DNA of 64,000 nucleotides from positions 72,078 to 136,077 of the forward strand of contig CANRCF010000001.1 of NCBI GenBank assembly GCA_947629045.1. The letters run 5' to 3'. The DNA is from an uncultured Clostridia bacterium (GTDB lineage Bacteria; Bacillota; Clostridia; TANB77; CAG-508). A model generated the notes under the pieces. That model did no database searches, had not been told where the DNA came from, and saw only the letters and a list, made by a program, of their open reading frames with translations. The position numbers and the translations under genes were made by a program. Below, in pieces: positions 19,983-29,773 of this stretch. Positions within the stretch are counted from its first letter, which is position 1. Each line of letters opens with the position of its first letter.

Positions 19983-20054
19983 AAAATGTTAATTATAGTA
20001 AAATGTGGGGTCTAAAAAATTAGATCCCATAGTTTGTTCCGATATCTACTAAAT

Positions 20055-20365
20055 ATGAAAAATATAAAAGAATATATGAAAATAAGAAGTTAAAAAGTGG
20101 GAACAAACCTGTATATAACTTTGTATTTGGTAAGGTATTAGGGAAAAATTCAGTCTTTTTAATACAAAATATATTTCCTACTACTGAAAAATACATAGAG
20201 AAGAAATATACTAATTCAAATATAGATGTTGAGATACCAACAACTGAAAGAGATAATGTTATCGTTACATCTCTTAGAGTAGTTGAGCTTGCACAAAGAG
20301 GAATTAATGTTCCTTTTTATAATATAATTGAAATGAAAAAAATTTTGTTAAATGATAATAAATAA
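20055..20365 (+). pseudogene. Hypothetical ~100-aa ORF lacking an in-frame start (frameshift right after the ATG?)
   Basis: 111 codons are open from 20033 to the TAA at 20363..20365, with no ATG, GTG or TTG until near the end. ATG at 20055 is one frame off. Extending the A5 run at 20058..20062 to A6 would give MKKYKRIYENKKLKSGNKPVYNFVFGKVLGK... Confidence 0.35.
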
Positions 20366-20436
20366 AAGTTTATCATAATACAAACTCTCCTTGAATACAA
20401 TGTAACAAAACAGCGTAATTCAAGGGGGTTTTTCAT

Positions 20437-20703
20437 TTGAAAAGAAATGTATCAATAGAAGAACGTGCTGTTAATTTAGCACAATATATTATAGATAGCA
20501 AAGATACTGTTAGAGGAGCTGCCAAGAAGTTTGGTGTTAGTAAAAGTACTGTTCACAAAGATGTAAGTGAAAGATTACTTAAGATAAATCCCATTTTAGC
20601 TCATGAGGTTAGGCAAATATTAGATGAAAACAAAGCTGAAAGACACATAAGAGGAGGCCTTGCTACAAAAATGAAGTATAGCCATCATGAGGAGGCTATA
20701 TAA
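20437..20703 (+). CDS. spoIIID: Stage III sporulation protein D (mother-cell transcription regulator)
   Basis: ...IEERAVNLAQYIIDSKDTVRGAAKKFGVSKSTVHKDVSERL...AERHIRGGLATKMKY. TTG start with GGGGG upstream. Confidence 0.9.
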   Translation: MKRNVSIEERAVNLAQYIIDSKDTVRGAAKKFGVSKSTVHKDVSERLLKINPILAHEVRQILDENKAERHIRGGLATKMKYSHHEEAI

Positions 20704-20746
20704 AGTACAAAAAATCTACCTTTTTAGAGGTAGATTTTTTTGTTAT

Positions 20747-20911
20747 TTAAGCATTGTTATTATTTCTTCTTTGTGCTTTTCTTGCTTTTCTGCATTCTGG
20801 GCATCTTTGAGGTTCATTTGTAAAACCTTTTTCAGCATAGAATTGTTGTTCACCTTCTGTAAAAACAAATTCTGCTCCACAGTCTTTGCATTTTAAAGTT
20901 TTATCTGCCAT
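20747..20911 (-). CDS. Zinc-ribbon protein (CxxC...CxxC)
   Basis: MADKTLKCKDCGAEFVFTEGEQQFYAEKGFTNEPQRCPECRKARK. ATG at 20911 has AAGGAGG 8 nt upstream. Confidence 0.7.
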   Translation of the reverse strand: MADKTLKCKDCGAEFVFTEGEQQFYAEKGFTNEPQRCPECRKARKAQRRNNNNA

Positions 20912-21358
20912 GATATATACCTCCTTCTTTATTTTTGACATTTAATATTTTGATACAATGACCTTTTTAATATCAAATTTAAGAAGGGATAGTTTCAAAA
21001 ATAATTAAATTCATTTAAGCTTCTTTTGAAAGCCACGAATATTGTAGCATAAGAAAAACTATAAAGCAAGCAAAAGTTAAAAATTTTTAGTATAAATTGT
21101 ATTTAACTTTTTTACTTATTGGTCATTTTCATTTCTGTTGTTAATTATTTTCATAAAAAATTTTATATTAAAATTTGGTACTATTTCCCATATATGTAAA
21201 ACATTTTTCTTATAAAATCTAATATTTTTTATTTTTATGCGCAAAATAATATTAAATATGTTTATGAACTTATTTAGAAATATTTACTTTGGTGTGTCTT
21301 TGAAGTATTAAAAATAAATGCTATATATAGTTTAAATAGAATATGGAGGGTAAATTTT

Positions 21359-21685
21359 ATGGCACTCGATTATACAATTATTGGACAAAGATTAAAGAAG
21401 GCTAGAATCGATAAAAAAATGACACAAGAAAATTTAGCCGAGAAATTAGATGTTTCAATTGCATTTTTGAGCAGAATTGAACGTGGAAATTCTCATATTA
21501 ATTTAAAAAGATTAACTCAAATTTGTAACATTTTAGGTGTTTCTGAAGGTTATATTTTAAATGGTGTTTCAAGTAAATCTTCTAATTATCTTAATGCAGA
21601 ATTTAATGAGATTTTAAGTTCAGTTTCTCCTGAAAAACAAAAGCTTATTTATAATATTGCTAAAGTAATTAAGGAACAAGAATAG
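21359..21685 (+). CDS. XRE-family helix-turn-helix transcriptional regulator
   Basis: ...IGQRLKKARIDKKMTQENLAEKLDVSIAFLSRIERGNSHINLKRL... Confidence 0.8.
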   Translation: MALDYTIIGQRLKKARIDKKMTQENLAEKLDVSIAFLSRIERGNSHINLKRLTQICNILGVSEGYILNGVSSKSSNYLNAEFNEILSSVSPEKQKLIYNIAKVIKEQE

Positions 21686-21712
21686 TTTTTGTTAAAATGG
21701 TTATATTAAAAG

Positions 21713-21744
21713 CAAGAATTATATACATAATTCTTGTTTTTTTT
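21713..21744 (+). terminator. Rho-independent terminator
   Basis: CAAGAATTAT-atac-ATAATTCTTG followed by T8. Confidence 0.7.
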
Positions 21745-22000
21745 CGATATTGTAATATTTTTTTACAATCTTTTAAGTAAAAATTAAATGCAATTTTACA
21801 GATTAAAAATTTGGGGTAATATTGTCGTTTTTTTAGTGAAAGTATTGATAAATATTTAAATTTATGCTAATATTATCAATACGCGTTTTAAATTATTAAT
21901 ACTTAAATTTTAAGTAAATTGATAATTTAAACTTTTAAATATATTGACGACTTAAAGTTAATAAATTAATAAAATTAACAACTTATAGGAGGTATTTTAA

Positions 22001-24244
22001 ATGGATTTTGAACAATGGAATGGTTTTAACAAACAAGGTGAATGGACTAAGGAAATTGATGTTAGAGGCTTTATTCAAGCAAACTACACACCTTATGAAG
22101 GAGATGATTCATTTTTAGTAGGTCCAACTGAAAAGACTAAAAAATTATGGAATAATGTTTTAGATTTATATAAGAAGGAAACAGAAAATGGTGGTGTTTT
22201 AGATGTGGACTCTTCTACCCCATCTGGAATTAATCGTTTTGCTCCAGGATATATTGATAAAGACTTAGAGGAAATTGTTGGTTTTCAAACTGATAAACCT
22301 TTAAAAAGAGCTATTATGCCAAATGGTGGTATTAGAATAGTTGAGAAATCTTGTGAAAGCTATGGCTATAAAGTTGATGAGCAAATTTCTCATATTTATC
22401 ATGATTTAAGAAGAACTCACAATGATGGTGTTTTCTCTGTATATACACCTGAAATTAGAGCAGCTAGAAGCTCACACTTAATTACAGGTCTTCCTGATGG
22501 TTATGGTCGTGGAAGAATTATTGGTGATTACAGAAGAGTTGCTCTATATGGTGTGGATACTCTAATTGCTGAAAAACAAGAGGCTTTTTCTATTGTAGAT
22601 GCTGATGAAATGACAGAAGAAATGATTCGTCAAAGAGAGGAAATTCATGACCAAATTGTTGCTTTAAATGAATTAAAACAAATGGCTCAAAGCTATGGTT
22701 TTGACATTTCTAAACCTGCTTCAAATGCTAAAGAAGCTATACAATGGCTATATTTTGGATATTTAGCAGCTATTAAAGACCAAAATGGTGCTGCAATGAG
22801 TTTAGGTAGAACTTCTACCTTCTTAGATATTTATATTGAAAGAGATTTAAAAAACGGACTTATAACAGAAAATGAAGCTCAAGAATTAATGGATCACTTT
22901 GTTATGAAATTAAGAATGGTTCGTTTCTTAAGAGCACCTGAATATAACGCTTTATTTAGTGGAGACCCAGTTTGGGTTACTGAAAGCATCGGTGGTATGA
23001 GCATTGATGGTAGAACTTTAGTTACCAAAAACTCTTTTAGAGTTCTTCATACATTAATAAATTTAGGACCTGCACCAGAGCCAAATTTAACAGTATTATG
23101 GTCTAAAAATTTACCTGAAGGCTTCAAAAAATACTGTGCAATGATTTCAATTAAAACATCTTCTATTCAATATGAAAATGATGATTTAATGAGAATTACT
23201 TTAGGTGATGACTATGCTATTGCTTGCTGTGTATCGGCTATGAAGGTAGGTAAACAAATGCAATTCTTTGGTGCAAGAGCAAACTTAGCTAAAACTTTAT
23301 TATATGCTATAAATGGTGGTAGAGATGAGAAAACTGGAAAACAAGTTACACCTCGTTTTGAGCCTATCACATCTGAATATTTAAATTATGATGAAGTAAT
23401 GGAAAAATTTAATTGCATGATGGATTATGTTGCAAAAATTTATATTAAAGCACTTAATATGATTCATTATATGCATGATAAATATTCTTACGAAGCTTTA
23501 GAAATGGCTTTACATGACAGAGAAAGAGATTTATTAAGAACAATGGCTTGCGGTATCGCAGGTTTATCAGTTGTTGCAGACTCTTTATCTGCTATAAAAT
23601 ATGCTAAAGTAAAAGTTATTCGTGATGAAACTGGCTTAGCAGTTGATTACCAAGTTGAAGGAGATTTTCCAAAATACGGTAATGATGATGATAGAGTTGA
23701 TGATATCGCAGTTTCAGTTGTAAAAACATTTATGAAAAAATTAGAAAGTCACCATACTTACAAGCATTCAAGACCAACACTTTCAATATTAACAATTACA
23801 TCTAATGTAGTTTATGGTAAAAATACAGGTAATACACCTGATGGAAGAAAAGATGGAGAGCCTTTTGGTCCTGGTGCTAACCCACTTCATGGTAGAGATA
23901 CTAACGGAGCACTTGCAGTTATGAATACTATTTCAAAACTACCTTATGAATATGCAGAAGATGGTATATCTTATACCTTCTCTATCACACCTGGAACACT
24001 TGGAAAAGACGAAGCTTCTAAGATATCAAATTTAGTAAATATGTTAGATGGTTTCTTCATTCAAACTGGTCACCATATAAATGTAAATGTATTTGATAGA
24101 AGTTTACTTTTAGATGCTATGGATCACCCTGAGAAATATCCACAACTTACAATTCGTGTTTCTGGCTATGCTGTAAACTTTACTAAATTAACAAGAGAAC
24201 AACAATTAGATGTTATAAACAGAACAATTCATGAGAGTATTTAA
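22001..24244 (+). CDS. pflB: Formate C-acetyltransferase (pyruvate formate-lyase)
   Basis: 747 aa with the active-site ACCVSAM and glycyl-radical RVSGYAV motifs. Confidence 0.95.
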   Translation: MDFEQWNGFNKQGEWTKEIDVRGFIQANYTPYEGDDSFLVGPTEKTKKLWNNVLDLYKKETENGGVLDVDSSTPSGINRFAPGYIDKDLEEIVGFQTDKPLKRAIMPNGGIRIVEKSCESYGYKVDEQISHIYHDLRRTHNDGVFSVYTPEIRAARSSHLITGLPDGYGRGRIIGDYRRVALYGVDTLIAEKQEAFSIVDADEMTEEMIRQREEIHDQIVALNELKQMAQSYGFDISKPASNAKEAIQWLYFGYLAAIKDQNGAAMSLGRTSTFLDIYIERDLKNGLITENEAQELMDHFVMKLRMVRFLRAPEYNALFSGDPVWVTESIGGMSIDGRTLVTKNSFRVLHTLINLGPAPEPNLTVLWSKNLPEGFKKYCAMISIKTSSIQYENDDLMRITLGDDYAIACCVSAMKVGKQMQFFGARANLAKTLLYAINGGRDEKTGKQVTPRFEPITSEYLNYDEVMEKFNCMMDYVAKIYIKALNMIHYMHDKYSYEALEMALHDRERDLLRTMACGIAGLSVVADSLSAIKYAKVKVIRDETGLAVDYQVEGDFPKYGNDDDRVDDIAVSVVKTFMKKLESHHTYKHSRPTLSILTITSNVVYGKNTGNTPDGRKDGEPFGPGANPLHGRDTNGALAVMNTISKLPYEYAEDGISYTFSITPGTLGKDEASKISNLVNMLDGFFIQTGHHINVNVFDRSLLLDAMDHPEKYPQLTIRVSGYAVNFTKLTREQQLDVINRTIHESI

Positions 24245-24251
24245 TGTTTTT

Positions 24252-24296
24252 GAACAGGTCAGATGAACAGTTATGCATTCTGACCTGCTCATTTTA
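24252..24296 (+). terminator. Intergenic hairpin between pflB and pflA (partial terminator/processing site)
   Basis: GAACAGGTCAGA / TCTGACCTGCTC form a 12-bp stem with one mismatch, followed by ATTTTA. Confidence 0.4.
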
Positions 24297-24331
24297 CAGT
24301 ATTTTAAGAATTAAATAATTGAAAGGAAAAA

Positions 24332-25051
24332 ATGGACGAACTAAAAGCAAGAATTCACTCATTTGAATCATTTGGTACAGTTGACGGACCTGGAATCAGG
24401 TTCGTAATTTTCATGCAAGGATGTCATTTAAAATGTAAATATTGCCATAATAGAGATACATGGGATACTTGTGGTGGTATGCTTTATACCATAAATGAAA
24501 TAATTGCTAAAATAGAAAGATATAAAAATTATTTTATGCCTTCTGGAGGTGGAGTTACAATCAGTGGTGGCGAGCCATTATTACAAGTTAAGTTTTTAAT
24601 TCCACTTATCGAAAGGTTAAAGGCTGATGGAATTCATACTGCTATTGATACTTCTGGAAATTTTCTTATTACTGAAGATATAAAAAAGGTAATTGATTTA
24701 GCTGATTTATTTCTATTAGATATAAAAAGTATAAATGATGAAGTTTGTAAAGATTTGACTGGGGTTTCTAATAAAAATGAGCTTGCTTTTGCTAAATATT
24801 TAAGTGATAATAATAAAGATATGTGGATTAGACAAGTGTTAGTTCCCGGAATTACAGATAATGAAAAAGATTTAATTGACTTAAAAAATTTTATTGATAC
24901 TTTAAGAACTGTGAAAAAAGTTGAAATTCTTCCATATCATGATATGGGTAGATTTAAATGGGAAAAGCTTGGTAGTAAATACCCTTTAGATGGTGTTCCT
25001 ACTGCAACACCTGATGATGTGGATAGGGCTAAGAAAATATTAAAAATTTAA
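24332..25051 (+). CDS. pflA: Pyruvate formate-lyase activating enzyme (radical SAM)
   Basis: ...FESFGTVDGPGIRFVIFMQGCHLKCKYCHNRDTW... (CxxxCxxC). Confidence 0.95.
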   Translation: MDELKARIHSFESFGTVDGPGIRFVIFMQGCHLKCKYCHNRDTWDTCGGMLYTINEIIAKIERYKNYFMPSGGGVTISGGEPLLQVKFLIPLIERLKADGIHTAIDTSGNFLITEDIKKVIDLADLFLLDIKSINDEVCKDLTGVSNKNELAFAKYLSDNNKDMWIRQVLVPGITDNEKDLIDLKNFIDTLRTVKKVEILPYHDMGRFKWEKLGSKYPLDGVPTATPDDVDRAKKILKI

Positions 25052-25101
25052 TAAATGTTCCTAGCTTTGCTATTTTTTTATAAAATACATTTTTAAAATT
25101 A

Positions 25102-25130
25102 TTGACATCTCTAAGAAATAATGTTATACT
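25102..25130 (+). promoter_or_regulatory. Sigma-A promoter with extended -10
   Basis: TTGACA (25102..25107), 17-nt spacer ending in TGT, TATACT (25125..25130). Confidence 0.55.
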
Positions 25131-25136
25131 AATAGT

Positions 25137-25203
25137 AGCTTAAGAGTGTAGCTATTCATTAAGCAACACCTGATATGTGAGTGATGACACATATCTTTTT
25201 TTT
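25137..25203 (+). ncRNA. Candidate small RNA (~65 nt), promoter to intrinsic terminator, no ORF
   Basis: Bounded by the promoter above and the terminator GATATGTG-agtgatga-CACATATC plus T8 (25172..25203). No SD or ORF lies between them. Confidence 0.4.
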
Positions 25204-25207
25204 GCCT

Positions 25208-25237
25208 AAAAAACAGAGCAGGTGATGAACTGCTCTG
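25208..25237 (-). terminator. Rho-independent terminator of the convergent small ORF
   Basis: Minus strand reads CAGAGCAG-ttcatcac-CTGCTCTG followed by T6. Confidence 0.6.
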
Positions 25238-25249
25238 AACTGAAAGAAA

Positions 25250-25345
25250 TCAGTTTTTAATTGTGTTGTTCTTATATGTATTTAACTCTTCTTCCAATTT
25301 TTCAATTTTCTGAAGCAAAATCCATATAAGCATGTAGCTACTCAT
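25250..25345 (-). CDS. Small ORF (31 aa)
   Basis: GGAGGTG lies 10 nt upstream of the ATG at 25345. Product is MSSYMLIWILLQKIEKLEEELNTYKNNTIKN. It has its own terminator and is below the track's size cut-off. Confidence 0.3.
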   Translation of the reverse strand: MSSYMLIWILLQKIEKLEEELNTYKNNTIKN

Positions 25346-25518
25346 ATTTATACAACACCTCCTTTCACAAAGATTTCCTTTATGGAAAGGATGTTCTTAT
25401 TATACTTTATTTTTTTACATTTTACAATGAATTTTTTAATATTTTCTAATTTATTGTTCTTTATATAATTGTTTTATTAACTTATATAAGCTTAAGACAA
25501 AAACCCCGTCCCATTGTC

Positions 25519-26361
25519 TTACTCTTTAACTAACTTTCTTATTCCAAAAGTAATAAAATAAATTATTCCTGAAATTAGAACTATCATAGAACCTGTTGGA
25601 ATATTCCAATAATACGAAATTACTAAACCTGCAGTGCCAGAAAATAGAGAAAATATAACCGATAATAGATGATAACTTCTCATATTCTTAGTAACATTTC
25701 TACTTGAAGCTGCTGGTAAAATTAATAATGAATTTATTAGCAAAATTCCAATCCAACGAATTGAAATCATGACAATAACTGCAATTAGAATAACAAAAAT
25801 ATTATCAATTAACTTTGTGTTTACTCCTCTACTTTTTGCTAATGTACTATTTATGCTAAGAACATTTAATTTATTAAATGTAAAATACCAAAATGCAAAT
25901 ACAGCTATAAAAGCTAAGAATAAGTATAAAATTTCTATATTACTTATACTTAAAATATCTCCAACTAAATAACTAGAATATTTATTAAAGTTTCCACTTT
26001 GTGCAAGCATAGCTAAGCCAAGTGCTATTGCTATTGAAGAAAATACGCTAATTATTGTATCTGCTCCATAGGTGGTTTTATTTTTTACAAAGTTAAGTAA
26101 AAGAGCAAATATTACAGCAAAGAATATCATTGAGATGTTCATGTTACTAATTCCTAGTACCATTCCTATTGCTATACCTGTTAATGCCGAGTGCCCAAGT
26201 GCATCCGAGAAAAATGCCATTTTATTATTTACAATCATTGTTCCTAATATTGCAAATACTGGTGTTACCAACAAAATAGCAAGTAGTGCATTTTTCATGA
26301 AGGTATATTCTATAAATTCAAATGGTAATATTGCTTCTAATATATTATAAATAATGTCCAT
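25519..26361 (-). CDS. Metal (Zn/Mn) ABC transporter permease
   Basis: 280-aa polytopic membrane protein of the ZnuB/TroCD type, third gene of an SBP-ATPase-permease run. Confidence 0.85.
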   Translation of the reverse strand: MDIIYNILEAILPFEFIEYTFMKNALLAILLVTPVFAILGTMIVNNKMAFFSDALGHSALTGIAIGMVLGISNMNISMIFFAVIFALLLNFVKNKTTYGADTIISVFSSIAIALGLAMLAQSGNFNKYSSYLVGDILSISNIEILYLFLAFIAVFAFWYFTFNKLNVLSINSTLAKSRGVNTKLIDNIFVILIAVIVMISIRWIGILLINSLLILPAASSRNVTKNMRSYHLLSVIFSLFSGTAGLVISYYWNIPTGSMIVLISGIIYFITFGIRKLVKE

Positions 26362-26510
26362 ATTTACTCCTTTTCCTTTCTGTTTTTATTTTCAAAACTA
26401 ATTTTACTTTGCTTTTTATTTTCATAAGCTCTATTTATTTGCATTTTTTCTTTTAAACTTATTCTATTATTCAAATTTATTTTCATTTTAAACTTATCTT
26501 ATTACTAAAC

Positions 26511-27245
26511 TTATTTTAAATTTCCAAACCTATTTTGAAACTCTAAGCTATGAAATACTTCTTCTGGAGTTCCCTCTTTTACTACTTCTTTATCTAATAA
26601 TACTACTTTATCTGCATATTTTTTTACTAAATCTAAGTCATGTGAAACTAATAAAATAGACATATCATATTTTTGTTTTAAATTATTTACTAATTCATAA
26701 AAATCCTCTGTTCCATTTTTATCAATTCCTGAAACCGGTTCATCTAAAATAAGTAAATTTGGTGTTGGCTTTGTTGCTATTGCTAATAGTACTCTTTGTA
26801 ATTCTCCTCCTGACAAGTCCCCTATGCTTTTATCTATTAATTTTTCTGCCCCAAATAGCTTTAATTGCTCTTTTATTTCTTGATAAATTTTTTTATCTTT
26901 TTTTAAGAATACTGGCACATGACAAATGCAAGAAGCAAATAAATCGTATACAGTGGTTGGCATGTGTTTTTCTATGTGTATTGATTGTGGTACATAACCT
27001 ATTTTTATTCTTTTGGTTATGTTTTCCTTCATATCTGTAAATACAATATTTCCTGTATGCTCTACTTCTCCTAAAATTGCTTTTAAAAGTGTAGATTTTC
27101 CTGCGCCGTTTCTTCCTATTATTACTGTTAGTTGTCCACAATGCACATGAAGATTAACATCTTTAAGCACAACTTCTTTTCCAAACTTTACATTTATATG
27201 ATTTATTTTAGTACAATGTAAGCCACATGCTACTGATTCACTCAT
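26511..27245 (-). CDS. Metal ABC transporter ATP-binding protein
   Basis: Walker A GRNGAGKST, signature LSGGELQR, Walker B LLILDEP. Confidence 0.85.
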   Translation of the reverse strand: MSESVACGLHCTKINHINVKFGKEVVLKDVNLHVHCGQLTVIIGRNGAGKSTLLKAILGEVEHTGNIVFTDMKENITKRIKIGYVPQSIHIEKHMPTTVYDLFASCICHVPVFLKKDKKIYQEIKEQLKLFGAEKLIDKSIGDLSGGELQRVLLAIATKPTPNLLILDEPVSGIDKNGTEDFYELVNNLKQKYDMSILLVSHDLDLVKKYADKVVLLDKEVVKEGTPEEVFHSLEFQNRFGNLK

Positions 27246-27408
27246 TTTATTTTCACCTACTTTTTAGTTTTTAATATTTTTCGCTTACTTTTACATTCTG
27301 CATATTTTTCTTTTTAATATTGTTTGTTTATTACTATTTTCATACGTTTTATTATTCATTTTTATTTAAATATTCATATACTTTTTAAATATTTATATTC
27401 TTTGAAAC

Positions 27409-28368
27409 TTAGCTATTTTCTAATATTTGTTTTAACACCTCTAAGTTGTTTTGCATACTAGAAATATAGCTATCTCTTTCATAATTTATATTTTCACTTG
27501 AGTTGTCATCTGCATTTATATCAGAATTTTTATCTGAATTGTTATTTTTGCTCATACAAGAATCTAATTTATATATTTTAGCATCAGTTTCATTTTCTAA
27601 AGTTTTTGCATTGTCTATAGCTTCTTCTCCAACTATAATTGCTTTTATATTTTCATTTTTAATTTCATTTATTACATTTTTAATTGTATCAGCTGACAAT
27701 GTGCTTTCTTCATGATTTGTAGTTATTTGAATACATTCCATGCCGATTTCTTTAATCAAATATGTTAGTGCTTCATCTAAACAAACTACTTTTTTTCCTT
27801 TTAACCCACTTAATTCTTCATTATACTTAAGTTTTAATTCATTTAATTTTTCTTTATACTTATTACAATTTTCTTGATAGATACTAGCATTTTCTGGATT
27901 ATATTCACTTAAATAGTTAGTTATTGTATCTATTTGTATAATATAGTTTTCTATACTTGTCCAAATATGTGGATTTGTACCTTCATCACCATCTTCTATT
28001 TTATTTGCAATGTTTTTGCTACTGTCAATAATTTTTAAGTTTGGATATGTGCCTATTATCTTTTCCATAAAGTTTTCTAGGCCAAGACCATTTTCAATAA
28101 AGATATCTGCTTTCTCTACTTTTTTCATATCTGATGTTAATAAAGTATAGTCATGTAAACATCCAACATCATTTTGCGTTAAATTAGTAAGTTCTATACC
28201 CTGCGCCCCATCTGTTATGTTTTGAGTCATAACATAAATTGGATAAAATGATGTTACTATTTTTACTTTTTCGTTTCCAGTTTGCTCTATATTTTCTTTT
28301 GGAATTAATAAAAAAACTATAAAAGCAATTGCTATTATTCCTAGCAAAATATATATTTTTTTATTCAT
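27409..28368 (-). CDS. Metal ABC transporter substrate-binding lipoprotein (ZnuA/TroA family)
   Basis: N-terminal signal/anchor, then ...KIVTSFYPIYVMTQNI...NPHIWTS... typical of cluster A-I SBPs, plus a D/N/S-rich C-terminal extension. Confidence 0.85.
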   Translation of the reverse strand: MNKKIYILLGIIAIAFIVFLLIPKENIEQTGNEKVKIVTSFYPIYVMTQNITDGAQGIELTNLTQNDVGCLHDYTLLTSDMKKVEKADIFIENGLGLENFMEKIIGTYPNLKIIDSSKNIANKIEDGDEGTNPHIWTSIENYIIQIDTITNYLSEYNPENASIYQENCNKYKEKLNELKLKYNEELSGLKGKKVVCLDEALTYLIKEIGMECIQITTNHEESTLSADTIKNVINEIKNENIKAIIVGEEAIDNAKTLENETDAKIYKLDSCMSKNNNSDKNSDINADDNSSENINYERDSYISSMQNNLEVLKQILENS

Positions 28369-28548
28369 ATTTCCCCTTTTCTAATTTTTATATTATGATA
28401 ATAATTGTATTTTCAATATATTTTACTTAATAATAATACCATAATAATTGGCTTTTTTCAATATGTAAAATGCCCTATGTTTATGATAAAAATAAAGAGA
28501 AACACTTAAATTGATTAAGCATTTCTCTTTTATAATATTTTTTCTATA

Positions 28549-28833
28549 TTATTCTTGTGTGTATGGTAACACAGCGATTTGTCTAGCTCTTTTAACAGCT
28601 AGTGTAATATCTCTTTGATGAATTGCACAAGCACCTGTTGCTCTTCTTGGAAGTATTTTTCCTTTTTCATTTATATATTTCTTTAATTGCTCTGCATTCT
28701 TATAATCTAATTTTAAATTTTTATCTGCACATAATGGGCATACTTTTTTTCTTGTTTTTCTAAATCTTGGATTATAATCTTCATCATTATTTCTATTACT
28801 ATTATTTCTTCTAGTATTTTTCTTGTCTGCCAT
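28549..28833 (-). CDS. rpsR: 30S ribosomal protein S18
   Basis: ...[64 protein letters not shown]. Confidence 0.95.
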   Translation of the reverse strand: MADKKNTRRNNSNRNNDEDYNPRFRKTRKKVCPLCADKNLKLDYKNAEQLKKYINEKGKILPRRATGACAIHQRDITLAVKRARQIAVLPYTQE

Positions 28834-28857
28834 TTTATATTTACCCCCTATTCTTTT

Positions 28858-29286
28858 TTAAAATGGTAGGTCATCTCCTGATGATATTTCAAAGTCTGAA
28901 CCACTATTTGAAGTAGGCATTGTTCCAAATGTTGCATCAAAATTTGTTCCTCCTGCTTCTCCGTCTCTTTTGCTATCTGCAAAATAAGCTTCTTCTGCTA
29001 CAACCTCTGTAATATAATGCTTTTGACCTTGGTCATCATCCCAAGTTCTTGTTTGTAGTCTTCCAACTATACTTACTTGTTGACCTTTTTTAAAATATTT
29101 ACTGCAAAATTCTCCAAGCTTGCTCCATGCAACTACGTTTATGAAGTCTGCTTGTCTTTCTTCTCCTTGTCTAACAAATCTACGATTTACTGCTAAACTA
29201 AAAGAAGCAACTAAGGTATTATTTGTTTGAGTATACCTAACCTCAGGATCTCTAGTTAAACGACCCATTAAAATTACTTTGTTCAT
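28858..29286 (-). CDS. ssb: Single-stranded DNA-binding protein
   Basis: MNKVILMGRLTRDPEVRYT... OB fold with the acidic tail ...GDDLPF. Confidence 0.95.
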   Translation of the reverse strand: MNKVILMGRLTRDPEVRYTQTNNTLVASFSLAVNRRFVRQGEERQADFINVVAWSKLGEFCSKYFKKGQQVSIVGRLQTRTWDDDQGQKHYITEVVAEEAYFADSKRDGEAGGTNFDATFGTMPTSNSGSDFEISSGDDLPF

Positions 29287-29348
29287 TTTTTATACCTTAC
29301 CTTTCTATATTTAAAAGCCCGTATTTTGTCTTTTATTTTCAGGTAATT

Positions 29349-29630
29349 TTACTCTGCTTTTACAGTAATGAATTTAATTACTTCATCAATGATTCTGTAA
29401 TTTCTTTCTAATTCTGCAATTAAACTTGGATTTGCTTCAAAGTTTATTACTACATAATAACCCTCTTTGTTTTTCTTAACTTCATAAGCTAGTTTCTTTT
29501 TGCCAAGTTCTTCAACTTTTTCTACTTTTCCGTCATGATTGATTAAATCTGTAAATCTTTGAGATAGTTCTTTTACTTTCTCTTCTTCTACAGATGGATC
29601 AATAATGACAACACTTTCGTATTTGTTCAT
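29349..29630 (-). CDS. rpsF: 30S ribosomal protein S6
   Basis: MNKYESVVIIDPSVEEEKVKELSQRF... Confidence 0.95.
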   Translation of the reverse strand: MNKYESVVIIDPSVEEEKVKELSQRFTDLINHDGKVEKVEELGKKKLAYEVKKNKEGYYVVINFEANPSLIAELERNYRIIDEVIKFITVKAE

Positions 29631-29773
29631 TATTTTTCACCTCCTTATGGATTACAACCTGCAAATATTTTTGCAAGTAAGGAATTTTTTTCCTTTTTGA
29701 CGCTATTTATTTTACCACATTTTTTCTCATTGTGCAATATGTAATTTACAATATTTTGCAATATTTGGCAATA

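Noticed and set aside
21841-21880. Imperfect palindrome TTGATAAATATT...AATATTATCAA upstream of pflB, as a possible FNR/CRP-family site.
   Set aside because: The half-site spacing is far from the TTGAT-N4-ATCAA architecture, and in DNA this AT-rich such palindromes arise easily.
25250-25345. Type I toxin assignment for the 31-aa peptide.
   Set aside because: The hydrophobic stretch is only about 8 residues, too short for a membrane helix, and the sRNA does not overlap the ORF. The locus is kept only as a low-confidence convergent pair.
28396-28410. Fur/Zur-type box TGATAAT-A-ATTGTAT upstream of the metal ABC transporter operon.
   Set aside because: Only one half-site matches the 7-1-7 consensus well. 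It is plausible given the operon but too weak to call.
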